Source: Candidatus Jordarchaeia archaeon
Lineage (GTDB): Archaea; Asgardarchaeota; Jordiarchaeia; Jordiarchaeales; Jordiarchaeaceae
DNA length: 64,000 nucleotides
NCBI GenBank assembly: GCA_029856435.1
Contig: JAHQXB010000075.1
Location: 1 to 64,000 of the forward strand
Direction of reading: 5' to 3'
Shown: in pieces, positions 9,684 through 20,139 of the stretch
Position numbering within the stretch: the stretch's first letter is position 1
Layout of the letters: each line of letters begins with the position of its first letter
Notes under the pieces: model-generated
The model's input: only the letters and a program-made list of their open reading frames with translations
Databases searched by the model: none
What the model was told of the DNA's origin: nothing
Program-made: the position numbers and the translations under genes

Positions 9684-10133
9684 GTGACGAGTATGGTGGG
9701 AAGAGACCCTACGGAAATAGAGAAGGAAATCAAGAGCCGATACGTTTTAACCTCGAAGGATTATGAGAATGGACTAAGACAAGGGAAACTATTGGGACTT
9801 AAATGTAAAGATTGTGGAGCGATTACCTGTCCACCCATGATAGTTTGCCAAAGGTGTGGCAGCATTAATGTGATGCCAACGGAGCTCAGCGGCAAATGCG
9901 AAATTATGACATACACGGTGATAAGAGTTCCACCGGAAGGGTTTGAGGCACCATACATTGTATGTCTAGCAAAGACCGTGGAGGGCCCATGGATCGTCGG
10001 CAGACTGGACTATGATCCCCAAAAAATGTCTGAGGAAATGCTGGGTAAAACAGTAAAGATTAAGGGTGTATTTGCTTTCTCTGACAAGTATACTGGTGGA
10101 GAACACGTCTGCCCAGTTTTTGGACTTGCCTAG
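9684..10133 (+). CDS. DUF35 Zn-ribbon/OB-fold thiolase-associated protein
   Basis: KCKDCG..PP..CQRCGS, TYTVIRVPPEGFEAPY; abuts thiolase. Confidence 0.9.
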   Translation: MTSMVGRDPTEIEKEIKSRYVLTSKDYENGLRQGKLLGLKCKDCGAITCPPMIVCQRCGSINVMPTELSGKCEIMTYTVIRVPPEGFEAPYIVCLAKTVEGPWIVGRLDYDPQKMSEEMLGKTVKIKGVFAFSDKYTGGEHVCPVFGLA

Positions 10134-10235
10134 CCGCCACTCTAAAAGCGGGCGGAAATCTTTGATATAAAAATTTGGAAAAGTCACCTACATGAAGGCT
10201 CTGGACGATAAATACAAAACTCTCCTTTTTCTTTT

Positions 10236-10898
10236 TTATTCATCTTTTTGGCAGGCAGTCTTGTTTTTGAAATCTTTTATTCGCGGAAGGTTGCTGCCCG
10301 TTACGGGAAGGGCTTCTAGAATGTTTTTTGTGGTGGTTATGTAGCCCACAACGTAGTCTATGCATTTGAGTGCTGCTTGGTGCCTCTCAGTATTTGTTCC
10401 TACTATGGCGTCCTCGGGGATTATCACTCTGTAGTCGAGGGCTCTTGCATCTATTGCGGTGGCTAGTATGCAGACGTCTGTGAAGGCCCCTGTTAGGATG
10501 AGGTTCTCGATTTTTAGTCCTCTGAGTAGGATTTGAAGGTCTGTTCCCATAAATGCGCTGTATCTTCTCTTGTTTGTGATGAGGTAGTCTCCCTCTTGGG
10601 GTTTCAATTCTTCAATTATTTCCGCTCCGGGGGTGCCCTCAATGCAGTGTTCTTCTTCGAATTGTAGTTCTATCCCAAAATCTACTCCCCCTGTTCGATG
10701 CATCTCTTTGGTGTAAATTATAGGTATTCCTATGTTTCGGGCTTTTTGGAGTATTGTTTTGATGTTTGGAATTATTCTCTTTATTTGCTCCCATCTTTCA
10801 GGGGTGTTCTTTTCTTGGGATGCGAAGTCGTTTTGCATGTCTATGACTAGAACTGCGCTGTTCTTTTTTAGTTTATTTAAGTCGTACTCTTTTTTCAT
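10236..10898 (-). CDS. Cysteine hydrolase (isochorismatase family)
   Basis: VIDMQNDF, KRRYSAF, GAFTDVCI triad motifs. Confidence 0.9.
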   Translation of the reverse strand: MKKEYDLNKLKKNSAVLVIDMQNDFASQEKNTPERWEQIKRIIPNIKTILQKARNIGIPIIYTKEMHRTGGVDFGIELQFEEEHCIEGTPGAEIIEELKPQEGDYLITNKRRYSAFMGTDLQILLRGLKIENLILTGAFTDVCILATAIDARALDYRVIIPEDAIVGTNTERHQAALKCIDYVVGYITTTKNILEALPVTGSNLPRIKDFKNKTACQKDE

Positions 10899-11033
10899 AC
10901 TCTTTACCTCTGCAGCGGGCTTTTAAAGGGTTATTTTTTTCCGAAAATTTTGGTCACTGTTCTTCTTTAGGTTAACGCGCTTGGAACGAAAATAATTTTA
11001 ATTTGTAGATTTTATAGGATTTGTTAAAGGTGT

Positions 11034-12578
11034 GTGGGAGTTTTTGAAGTGAAGGAAATCATTTTTTATGGTGATGATGTTCTGGTTTACGATTTCCCTG
11101 AGGGAACAAAGATTTTCTATGCGCCCAAGCCTTTACCCCCCGTGGAGGATGAGAAGGATGCAATAAGGAAGGCTCTAGATAACCCTATTGGCTCCAGAAA
11201 GTTGGAGCATTTGCTCAATGAGAGGTCTAGGGTGGCTATCTGTTTTGATGATGTGAGTGTTCCTTTGCCCCAGATGAGGGACGATGTGAGAGCCAAGGCT
11301 GCTGAAGTGGTTCTGGAAAAGTTGAGGGAGATAGGGGTGAAGAAGGAGAATATTCGCTTCATATGTGCAACCGGTTTACACAGGAAGTGTAAGCCCCAAG
11401 AATTAGCTCACATCCTCGGAAAACGTGTGTTTAAAGAGTATGAGGACAGAATAATAAACCATGATGCTGACGACAAGAAAAACCTAGTAGTTTTGGGGAG
11501 AACCAAGGAGGGCTACGAGGTTGAGATTAACAGGTTGGCCGCGGAGTCGGATCTAATAATTTATCTTAATATTACCTTTGTTCCCATGAATGGTGGTTGG
11601 AAGTCCATAATAGTTGGTCTAGGAAGTTTCAAAACTATAATTCCAAATCATTCTCCAGAAGTTCTGAGAGAGGGATCCTTGATGGATCCTAAGGCTTCGG
11701 GTTTACATAGGGTAATTTGGGAAATGGGGAGAACAATAAGGGATAGGATTAGGGTATTCACAGTTGAAATGGTTCTAAACGACAATTTTTACAGCGGCTT
11801 CTTTGAGAGGTTGTGGCGGCCCCTTAGAGAGAGCAATTATAGTTTGCCTTTATGGAGAAGAGTCGCCCTGTCAGTCATAAGGAAGATGCCTGATTCTCTG
11901 AAAGCCTTTGTGAGAAACAGGTACAAGGCCAATTATAGACTTATTGGAGTTTATGCGGGGGACATTGAGAAGGCTCATGAGGAAACACTTAAGCTGGTAA
12001 AGAAGCAGTTAACGGTTCCCTTGGACAAGCAGTATGATGTTATAATTTTTGGAGTTCCTAATTTTACACCTTACAGTGTAGGTTCAGTGATGAACCCCAT
12101 ACTTTTACACAGCTTGGTCTTAGGATACCTCTATAATATGTATAGTGGGAGGCCTCCCCTAAGGAAGGGGGGCGTAATCATAATCTCCAATCCGGCACTG
12201 GAAAAATTCGACCCCCACCAGCACCCCTCTTATATAGACTTTTACGAACAGGTTTTAAGCAAAAAACCAGACATTTTCAAGCTCAAAACAGTGGAAAAAA
12301 TGTATCTAAACAATGAGGAATACTCGGAAAAATATAGGAACGGCTTTGCCTATCACGGAACACACGCATTAATGGCCTACTATTGGGGTGTCCTCGGCCT
12401 GCTCAACGTGGGTAGAGTAATTGTCGCCGGTGCCAGGAGTAGAAGAGCCTTGGAAATTTTGGGATTCGACTACGCCAAAGATTTGGATGAGGCCATAGAT
12501 GCAAGCAGAAAATATCTGGGAAAAAACATCTCAATAGCCTACTTCTGCATGCCCCCCATATTTATCTCTGAAATGTAA
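11034..12578 (+). CDS. Lactate racemase LarA-like (DUF2088) protein
   Basis: ALDNPIGS, FDDVSVP, ICATGLHR, INHDADD, GGWKSI. Confidence 0.8.
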   Translation: MGVFEVKEIIFYGDDVLVYDFPEGTKIFYAPKPLPPVEDEKDAIRKALDNPIGSRKLEHLLNERSRVAICFDDVSVPLPQMRDDVRAKAAEVVLEKLREIGVKKENIRFICATGLHRKCKPQELAHILGKRVFKEYEDRIINHDADDKKNLVVLGRTKEGYEVEINRLAAESDLIIYLNITFVPMNGGWKSIIVGLGSFKTIIPNHSPEVLREGSLMDPKASGLHRVIWEMGRTIRDRIRVFTVEMVLNDNFYSGFFERLWRPLRESNYSLPLWRRVALSVIRKMPDSLKAFVRNRYKANYRLIGVYAGDIEKAHEETLKLVKKQLTVPLDKQYDVIIFGVPNFTPYSVGSVMNPILLHSLVLGYLYNMYSGRPPLRKGGVIIISNPALEKFDPHQHPSYIDFYEQVLSKKPDIFKLKTVEKMYLNNEEYSEKYRNGFAYHGTHALMAYYWGVLGLLNVGRVIVAGARSRRALEILGFDYAKDLDEAIDASRKYLGKNISIAYFCMPPIFISEM

Positions 12579-12665
12579 CAAATAAAAAAAGGAGAGCTAA
12601 AATAGTGCAATCATCCCTAGCACATTTCTGAACCCCTAACAGTTTGTTTCTAGTTATTTAGGGTA

Positions 12666-13247
12666 TTATTTGCTCCAGTATCGCCAGTAGTCCTTGTTAT
12701 TTACTCCTATTCCTATTTCTACCAGATAGATTAAGCCGGATAGGAAGATTATAAGTGCAAAAAGGTTGATGATGCCCTGAATATCGAAAATCCATGGAGA
12801 AATATAGTTAAGAGAACCGAATAGGACATATTGTGGAGGGGGAGCCAATGAAATTATGGGTACGCTCATATACAGGAAGAAAATCGTCGTGCCCAGTGTT
12901 CCCAACCCCAGAAGGAACCATACTCCAAAAAGGATCTGGGTAGTGAGTCCACCTAATCCGTGACCCACTGTTTCACCCTTGAAAAAGCCCAAGAAGAATG
13001 CGGATATAGAAATAGGTATGCCCAACAAGATGATTAAGCCGAAGTTAATGTTAATAACGGGAAAACCGTGGGAAGACAGGGAAGACACTAAAGTCTGAAC
13101 TTCAGGCATCAAGTTATAGAGAATAAATATATCTCTGAAAAGCCCCATAAAAAAGTTGTACAGAGTATATGGAATAAAGAAGTAGACGACAAAGGCAACA
13201 AGAGCAAAAACAAAACCTTTAATTACAGCCACAGTGCGCGGTTCCAA
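12666..13247 (-). CDS. Hypothetical multi-pass membrane protein
   Basis: 193 aa with about 4 hydrophobic segments; 15 bp downstream of the 13263 ORF. Confidence 0.7.
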   Translation of the reverse strand: MEPRTVAVIKGFVFALVAFVVYFFIPYTLYNFFMGLFRDIFILYNLMPEVQTLVSSLSSHGFPVININFGLIILLGIPISISAFFLGFFKGETVGHGLGGLTTQILFGVWFLLGLGTLGTTIFFLYMSVPIISLAPPPQYVLFGSLNYISPWIFDIQGIINLFALIIFLSGLIYLVEIGIGVNNKDYWRYWSK

Positions 13248-13262
13248 ATCTCAAACCTCCCA

Positions 13263-14132
13263 TCAAGTTGAAACAACCTCATAACCACTTTTCGTACAAG
13301 TGTAGCCAAAAGGACTCTCCACCGTAAGCACAAGAGTATAACCTCCACCTGAAACTATGTGACCCCCTCCGGTCGATACGGTAACATTTTCAATAAACGG
13401 GACAGCAAAGAACGTGGCTGAGGGAATAGTAAATAAGCCAGTACCAGAAGCCACTGATCCAGAGCTGTTACGAAGCTCCGCTTTTATACTCAGATTATAA
13501 CTTTGTAGGGTATTGAGGAAGAAGATGGGTACGTTGGCAGTAGTATTGCTGACAAGATCTAAAATTGCTGGATCAACAGTTAGATTGAACATCGGGGACA
13601 TAGCCCCAATGGGGTTTATGAGTAGGGTTGAAAGTGTTGCTAGCGAGAATGCATATCTTACACTCAGTATGGTTTGACCAAAGAAGGATGAGGTGTTTAA
13701 AAAGTCGCCTAAAGTTCCAGTGGCGTTTAAAGCAGTGGTGTTCACACTCATTGTAATGGGGATGGGCATTATACTTCCTTTAGGGATAACGCTGGCGCGA
13801 ATGAGTGGCGCACTATAGAAGTAGAATGATTCGTTGAGAACAGATGTAGCAAGAAGTACGCTGTTCACATCGTACCATCCAAAATTAGTTATATAAATTA
13901 TGCTAGTTTTTGTGATTGTACCATTCTCATCGATTGAAGCAGGAGTTAAAGAATCCAGGGGGTTTGAATAAAACTGGAATTTTGTAAGTGAAGCCAACGC
14001 TGTAACCGGTATGGCAACTAAGCCTACCATCACTAGGACCATAACTATTTTGAATATCGTAAATTTTTTGACCACTACCGATTCCTCTTGTTCACTCCCA
14101 TTCCAAAACTTTTGTTTATTAATGTGCTTCAC
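13263..14132 (-). CDS. Hypothetical membrane-anchored beta-rich (LEA2/Ig-like) protein
   Basis: N-terminal hydrophobic helix then Thr/Ser/Asn-rich beta-type sequence with several N-x-S/T sequons. Confidence 0.65.
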   Translation of the reverse strand: MKHINKQKFWNGSEQEESVVVKKFTIFKIVMVLVMVGLVAIPVTALASLTKFQFYSNPLDSLTPASIDENGTITKTSIIYITNFGWYDVNSVLLATSVLNESFYFYSAPLIRASVIPKGSIMPIPITMSVNTTALNATGTLGDFLNTSSFFGQTILSVRYAFSLATLSTLLINPIGAMSPMFNLTVDPAILDLVSNTTANVPIFFLNTLQSYNLSIKAELRNSSGSVASGTGLFTIPSATFFAVPFIENVTVSTGGGHIVSGGGYTLVLTVESPFGYTCTKSGYEVVST

Positions 14133-14386
14133 TGCCTAATAAACAATTCCAAAAACAAATTAAACCCAACTTAAACATTTTTTAGTTTATTTTTTTATTT
14201 TTGTGGGGTTTGTAAGTTGATATGGAATGTACTGGTCTTCACAGAACAGCTTGAGTTTTAAACCCCTCCAGTGGAAACAGGCAGTAGCTGGGAAAAACGA
14301 AAAAATACATAAATTAGAAGGGCGTGTAAAAAGAGGAGTACTTAGAACTGTTAAAAAGAATAAAAAAAGCCCAACTTTATTAGCCA

Positions 14387-15787
14387 TCATCCAGAAGAAA
14401 ATTTAGGTCTATTCTTGTTCCGGCTTATCTTGTAGTACTTATACATGGTGGCCATGGCTTTTGCCGCCCTTTCTGGGGTGTCATAAACGGGCAGTCCCTC
14501 CCTTTCTAAGTTATGAACTTGTTTTTCCAAATCTATGTGGCCAGTAGCGTTTACCAGAACTGGTTTATCATACCTACCTATGATGTTTCTAAGTATATCC
14601 ACGATGAAATTTTCCCGATCATACATTACGCTCCACAGCGCAACACAGACTATAGCTCCATCTATTTTTGGGTCCTTTATCACCTCTTCTATGCAGACAT
14701 CAAAAAGCCAGTCTGCGGGGCCGACGTCTATTGGACCCTTTGCTGAGGGGAGCCACGGAGGGGCCTTTTCAAGTATTTTGTTTTGAACCTCCTTTGATAA
14801 TTGGGGAACTTCTAATCCGAATTTTTGGCAGGTGTCAGAGGCTAGCACGGCTAGGGTTCCAGAGTTGGAGATCACTTCTATCCGGTTTCCTCTGGGTAAA
14901 GGCTGGAAGGCAAAGGCTTTTGTGTAGTCGAAGAGTTCCTCAAGATTATGGGCTCTTATTAGTCCACTCTGCTTTACTGCTGCTTCGAAAACTTCTTCCC
15001 TTCCCGCTATTGCTCCGGTGTGTGATGAGGTAGCTCGGGTGCCTGCCTCGGTGACGCCACCCTTTAAAACTACTATGGGTTTGATTTTTGAGGCTTTTTT
15101 TGCGATTTCTATGAATCTTTTTCCATCCTTGATGTCTTCCAAGTATAGTCCTATGGCTTTGGTTTGGGGGTCTTCTACAAGATATTCTATCACGTCTGTT
15201 TCGTTTATGTCTATTTTGTTTCCCAGTGTGGCTATTTTGCTGAAGTTCCAGGTGTGAACCAGTTTTTCCAGAGTTGCGCCGCCAAAGATTCCTCCTTGGG
15301 TGACTAGGGCTATGCTTCCAGGTTTTGCTTTGTCGATTCTGCAGAAGGTGTTTATGAGTCCGTTGGTTGAGTTGGAGGTTCCCACACAGTTTGGCCCAAT
15401 GATTCGCGTGTTGTATTTCGCTGCGATTTTTTTCACTTCATTTTGAAGCTTTCTGCCTTCTTCTGTTCCTGTTTCTGCAAATCCCCCGCTCTCAATAATA
15501 ACATGTCTCACTCCCTTCTCGCCCAATTCTATTAGGGCTTTGGGTATTTGGGCTGCAGGAATAATGATTATTCCCAGCTCCGGAGAGTCGGGAAGGTCAG
15601 CGATGGAGCTGTAGAATTTGCATCCCAAGACTTCTGCACCGCCGTGATTAGGGTTCACACAGTAAACTTTTCCCTGGTAATTGGAATTATGGTAGTTCTT
15701 CAAGATGTTGAAACCTAGTTTATCTTCTTTAGGGGAGGCCCCTACAATTACAACAGATTTAGCTTCAAAGAATGGTTTCACTGTCAA
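14387..15787 (-). CDS. acdA: ADP-forming acyl-CoA synthetase alpha subunit
   Basis: SVVIVGAS, IIGPNCVG, TSSHTGAIAG (phospho-His), ISNSG, PERAAKAM. Confidence 0.9.
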   Translation of the reverse strand: MTVKPFFEAKSVVIVGASPKEDKLGFNILKNYHNSNYQGKVYCVNPNHGGAEVLGCKFYSSIADLPDSPELGIIIIPAAQIPKALIELGEKGVRHVIIESGGFAETGTEEGRKLQNEVKKIAAKYNTRIIGPNCVGTSNSTNGLINTFCRIDKAKPGSIALVTQGGIFGGATLEKLVHTWNFSKIATLGNKIDINETDVIEYLVEDPQTKAIGLYLEDIKDGKRFIEIAKKASKIKPIVVLKGGVTEAGTRATSSHTGAIAGREEVFEAAVKQSGLIRAHNLEELFDYTKAFAFQPLPRGNRIEVISNSGTLAVLASDTCQKFGLEVPQLSKEVQNKILEKAPPWLPSAKGPIDVGPADWLFDVCIEEVIKDPKIDGAIVCVALWSVMYDRENFIVDILRNIIGRYDKPVLVNATGHIDLEKQVHNLEREGLPVYDTPERAAKAMATMYKYYKISRNKNRPKFSSG

Positions 15788-15985
15788 GGGAGGCTCACCG
15801 AAATAGACGGAACTAAAAATTTGAATTTAACACTTTCCACCAAAAAATACAATAATAAGAATCCGAAAAATACTTGAAATTAGAAGATAGTTATTTCAAA
15901 TAGGATGATTTAAACATTTAAACTAGGATACACAGAGGAAACATTTTAATTCCAAAAACATTACCTAAAAAGTAGCTAAACAAGG

Positions 15986-17944
15986 GTGAAAAATACGAGC
16001 AAGGAACAAATAGAGACTACCAAGAAGCCAAAGGAAAGGCGGATAGAGAAATCTTTGAAGACCATCAGAGCACGAATGAAAAATGGCTTCAATGGCATGT
16101 TCAGGGATCTTGGCTCAAAATTTTTAACGAGAAGACATCTTAAGCTCATATTTTCCTCAATCATCGTTGGCCTATTAGTTGGCCTGGGCACCGCAGCCTT
16201 CCTATATCTCATAAAATTTTTCAGCGACATCCTCTTGAATTATCCAACCAGCATCTATGCACCCTTAATAATTCTCATACCAGCCGTAGGAGGCCTCATA
16301 GTTGGCGCTATTACATACAAATTCGCCCCTGAGAGTGAGGGACACGGAGTCTCCGAGGTTCTAGAATCCATAGCCCTTCATGGTGGAAAGATACGCGCCA
16401 GAGTACCTTTAATAAAAATGATTACCTCCGCCATTACCATTGGCTCTGGAGGAAGCGCTGGATACGAAGGCCCAATGGTGCACATAGGAGGAGGCACAGG
16501 ATCCACCATTGGGCAACTTCTGAAAATGGACGAGGCCGCGGTTAAAATCTTGGTAGTTTGTGGAGCCGCAGCGGGAATAAGCGCCATATTTAATGCTCCA
16601 TTGGGTGGTGTGTTCTTCGGTTTAGAAATAGTGTATGGTGGAGTAGAAGCTATAGCGTTAATTCCCGTGGTTTTATCTTCATTTGTTTCAACCGCCGTGG
16701 CTCAGGGAATACTGGGAGCAGAACCGCTACTCAAACTTAAGGTCTTTGCAGTTTTGAATCCCTACGAGTACTTGTTATTCTTCGCTTTGGGGGTAATTTT
16801 TGGTTTGCTGAGCATATTTTGGATAAAAATATTCCACTACATATCCGACCGCTTCCAAAAATTAAAGGTTCCAAAGTATATTAAACCGGGAATCGGAGGA
16901 CTGATGCTGGGATTCATAATATTTTTCTTCCCCCAAATAATTGGAGGGGGCTACGAAGTAATCAACAGAGAACTTGTAGTTCCCATAAGTTTAGTCCTGC
17001 TTCTTACCCTCGGTTTACTAAAGATAATAGGTACCTCCCTAACATTGGGGAGCGGAGGAAGCGGAGGAGCCTTCGCACCCATGTTATTCATAGGGGCAAT
17101 GTTTGGAGGAGCCTACGGGCGATCCTTACAATGGCTACTTTTCTCAAACATCTATGGCCCCCTCACTCCTATACTGCCATACTTGGCCAGTTTAATGGGT
17201 TCTTGGGTTCGCTATCTTTCACCCGCCATTGCCTTTGAGCCCATGGCTTATGCCTTAGTAGGTATGGCGGCTCTCATAGCCTCGGCAGCTCGAGCTCCCC
17301 TAACAGGCATAGTTTTGGTAACTGAAATTTCCAAAGACTACAGTATGATATTGCCCCTTATGCTCGCCTGCGTAACAGCGTACTTGGTAAGCCGATTAAT
17401 TATGAGGGGAGACCTCTACACGGAAAACCTGTTGAAGAAGGGCATTGACATTGTAGAAGAAAGACGTGCTGATTTACTTGACAGAGTTAGGGTGGGCGAT
17501 GTTATGTCTGAGCCGATAGTGGTGTCTTCAGACATGAAGGTTTTCCAAGTTCTGGAAATGATATGCAAGTATCACCATCACGGTTACCCAGTTATGGATA
17601 ACGGCACCCTAGTAGGTATCATCGATTCCGATACTGTAGACAGAGAGATGGCAGAAAAGCATGAAATGAGAAAAGTGGGTGAGGTAGTTAATAAAAACGT
17701 GGTTACAATTTTTCCCGACGAAACTCTCCACCAAGCTCTAGATAAAATGCTTGAAAATAAAACAGATAGACTGGTTGTGGTGGATCGTAAAAGTAAAAAC
17801 ATTGTTGGTATATTAACAAGGACAGATATCTTAGAGGTCCACGAAATAAAACTAATTATGAAATATGGCAGCGGAGCAATAAGAGATAAGCTTCAAAAAA
17901 TTGCAGAAATAGAGGAAGAATACAAAGAAGAAATGGAAATATGA
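15986..17944 (+). CDS. ClC chloride channel/antiporter with C-terminal CBS pair
   Basis: GHGVSEV, GYEGPMVHIG, FNAPLGG, GGAFAP, RAPLTG; CBS motifs. Confidence 0.9.
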   Translation: MKNTSKEQIETTKKPKERRIEKSLKTIRARMKNGFNGMFRDLGSKFLTRRHLKLIFSSIIVGLLVGLGTAAFLYLIKFFSDILLNYPTSIYAPLIILIPAVGGLIVGAITYKFAPESEGHGVSEVLESIALHGGKIRARVPLIKMITSAITIGSGGSAGYEGPMVHIGGGTGSTIGQLLKMDEAAVKILVVCGAAAGISAIFNAPLGGVFFGLEIVYGGVEAIALIPVVLSSFVSTAVAQGILGAEPLLKLKVFAVLNPYEYLLFFALGVIFGLLSIFWIKIFHYISDRFQKLKVPKYIKPGIGGLMLGFIIFFFPQIIGGGYEVINRELVVPISLVLLLTLGLLKIIGTSLTLGSGGSGGAFAPMLFIGAMFGGAYGRSLQWLLFSNIYGPLTPILPYLASLMGSWVRYLSPAIAFEPMAYALVGMAALIASAARAPLTGIVLVTEISKDYSMILPLMLACVTAYLVSRLIMRGDLYTENLLKKGIDIVEERRADLLDRVRVGDVMSEPIVVSSDMKVFQVLEMICKYHHHGYPVMDNGTLVGIIDSDTVDREMAEKHEMRKVGEVVNKNVVTIFPDETLHQALDKMLENKTDRLVVVDRKSKNIVGILTRTDILEVHEIKLIMKYGSGAIRDKLQKIAEIEEEYKEEMEI

Positions 17945-18042
17945 GCCAGCCGCGGATGGAAACTGTAAACCAAAAATGTTTAAAAATTTTTAAAAACCAA
18001 TTACTGGTTCATTTGAACTTTTCTATCGTCAAATTAGAGGCA

Positions 18043-18339
18043 CTATTTTATTTGAAAAAGAGGCTGGGATATCCTTTCATTCTTGCACTTCGGGCATCTT
18101 GAGGGCAATTTGGGTCGACTTAAATCCTTAAACACGAAACCACACCTGAGACAAGAGGGAGGAAGCATAACTAGTTTGCTCTTCTTTTTCCTCAGAGTTA
18201 TGGCTATGTGGGACAAGTCCTCAAGAACTATTTTCTTATCAAAAACTCCCAGCATTCGGCACAGGTCGTCGAGGCTGACAGGCTCACCCATACTTAACAG
18301 TTTAACTATTTTTTCTCTCCGGGTATCCCAGCCATTCAT
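18043..18339 (-). CDS. HTH + Zn-ribbon transcriptional regulator (COG3357-like)
   Basis: VLEDLSHIA..PPSCLRCGFVF..PSRCPKCK. Confidence 0.85.
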   Translation of the reverse strand: MNGWDTRREKIVKLLSMGEPVSLDDLCRMLGVFDKKIVLEDLSHIAITLRKKKSKLVMLPPSCLRCGFVFKDLSRPKLPSRCPKCKNERISQPLFQIK

Positions 18340-18372
18340 ACCAACACCAACAGTAAAAAAAGCTATTCGGCT

Positions 18373-19362
18373 TTATCCTATCTCCTTCTTTAGACGCTCC
18401 AGTATCTCCTTTGCTCCATTCACCATTTCGTCTATGACTTCTTTTACTGTAAGTATTTTGTCTATTCTACCCACAGCCATGCCTAAGGAGAGTATTCCAG
18501 CGTCGACATCCCCTTCTTCCCAAGCTTTCTTGCCCAGTTGACCGCTTATTACTGGAAGGACTTCCTCAAGTGTAGCACCCCTTGCTTCCATCTGCTGAGC
18601 TGTTAGTGCTGGCTTATTCTTGATAACTCGGGAGGCGAGTTTGAAGGGCTTCCCTATAATGGTGGTGTCGCTGTCTTTGGCGTTCACAATCCATTCTTTA
18701 ATCTTAGGATGCACATTGCACTCCTTGGTGGCTACGAAGCGTGTTCCCATAACCACGCCTTCCGCACCTAGGGCTAGGGCGGCGACGAAGCTTCTTGAAT
18801 CGCATATTCCTCCTCCTGCACAAACTGGAATTTTTACGGCGTCCACAGTTTCTGGAATTAGTATTAGGGAGGTTACATCATCAAGTCCCGGATGTCCTCC
18901 ACACTCGAATCCCACAATAGTTACCGCGTCGCATCCAATTCTCTCCGCGGTTTTGGCGTATCTGACCCCCGCAACCTTATGTATTATCTTTATGCCAGCT
19001 TCCTTTATTCGGGGAAGGTACTGTTCGGGACTCGTCCCCGAAGACTCAATTATTGGAACGCCTTCATCTATGAAGAGTTCAATGTCCTTATCTAAGCCTC
19101 TGGGCCTCATGGCGGGAAAAAGGTTTAGATTTACCCCAAAAGGCTTCTTTGTTAGTTCTCTGGTTCTTTGAATCTCCATACGTAAATCTTCGGGGTTCTC
19201 AAAAGTTGTTGCGGCAAGGATTCCAAGGCCACCAGCATTCGAAATAGCCGCAACGAGTTCAGCCCTAGAAAGATTGTGCATAGCTCCACCAATAATGGGA
19301 TACTTTATACCAAAAAGTTCAGTAATTCGGGTCTTAAACATTTTAAACCACCTTAAGTTCAA
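18373..19362 (-). CDS. Nitronate monooxygenase / FabK-like flavin oxidoreductase
   Basis: LFGIKYPIIGGAM, GFECGGHPG, AGGGICD, GVVMGTRF. Confidence 0.9.
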   Translation of the reverse strand: MNLRWFKMFKTRITELFGIKYPIIGGAMHNLSRAELVAAISNAGGLGILAATTFENPEDLRMEIQRTRELTKKPFGVNLNLFPAMRPRGLDKDIELFIDEGVPIIESSGTSPEQYLPRIKEAGIKIIHKVAGVRYAKTAERIGCDAVTIVGFECGGHPGLDDVTSLILIPETVDAVKIPVCAGGGICDSRSFVAALALGAEGVVMGTRFVATKECNVHPKIKEWIVNAKDSDTTIIGKPFKLASRVIKNKPALTAQQMEARGATLEEVLPVISGQLGKKAWEEGDVDAGILSLGMAVGRIDKILTVKEVIDEMVNGAKEILERLKKEIG

Positions 19363-19502
19363 ATGTTTGATAGAATTAGAACCAGGTCTAATATATTCTT
19401 ATTGATAAAAAAGAGGCTACCCATTTTTAAATTCAGAGTTTATTTTAGTAGCATAAAAAGGGGAGTAAAGGGGGAGTTGAGGGTTTAAAAGAAGGGTTTT
19501 GC

Positions 19503-19931
19503 TTATGTGAACATTGTGGTGTCCTTTACGTCGAATTTGACTTTGGGCGCGATTTGTTCAATGAAATACTTCATTCCGAAGACCACTGACTGAAATTCCA
19601 CTTTGAAGTTGCTTTCGGTGGTATTCACTGGCATGTCGGCTTCAACCCATATTCCATTTTCATCCGCGCTATATGTTACTTCGTGAAGGTTAAAGTTGGC
19701 TACTAAACAGTTGTAGAAGAGGTCTTCCCTAACAATCTTTGGAACGTCTTTTAGTAGGGTGACTAGGGCCTTAATGTTTATCCATTCCTTGCTTACCAGT
19801 GTTTGAACCAAGAAGAATCTCTCATCTATTTTGAAGTTTACAAAGAGCATGGATTTTTCTTCGTCCCTCGTTATACCCTTCAAATCCATGTTCTTCATCC
19901 ATTTCTCAACCTTGTCTAAAGGCGAACCCAT
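19503..19931 (-). CDS. YbjN-like (T3SS chaperone fold) protein
   Basis: About 142 aa; pattern L..N......Y..D..G.......P; start placed at ATG 19931. Confidence 0.55.
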   Translation of the reverse strand: MGSPLDKVEKWMKNMDLKGITRDEEKSMLFVNFKIDERFFLVQTLVSKEWINIKALVTLLKDVPKIVREDLFYNCLVANFNLHEVTYSADENGIWVEADMPVNTTESNFKVEFQSVVFGMKYFIEQIAPKVKFDVKDTTMFT

Positions 19932-20139
19932 AAGAGGCAATAGTAACACCAACCTTTAAAAATTAACCTTAAATAATATTTAGTCGTCTAAAGCTTTATA
20001 CCTTTTTACCCCTAAATCCCCCCACATTTAAGCAGGCTAGTGAGAGGGAAATGGTTGATTACGGCGAGTTATAATTAGTTTTATCTGGAGCAACCCATGG
20101 TTTCGCCTTTTACCGAAAAATTGTTTTCAGAAGGGTTCG

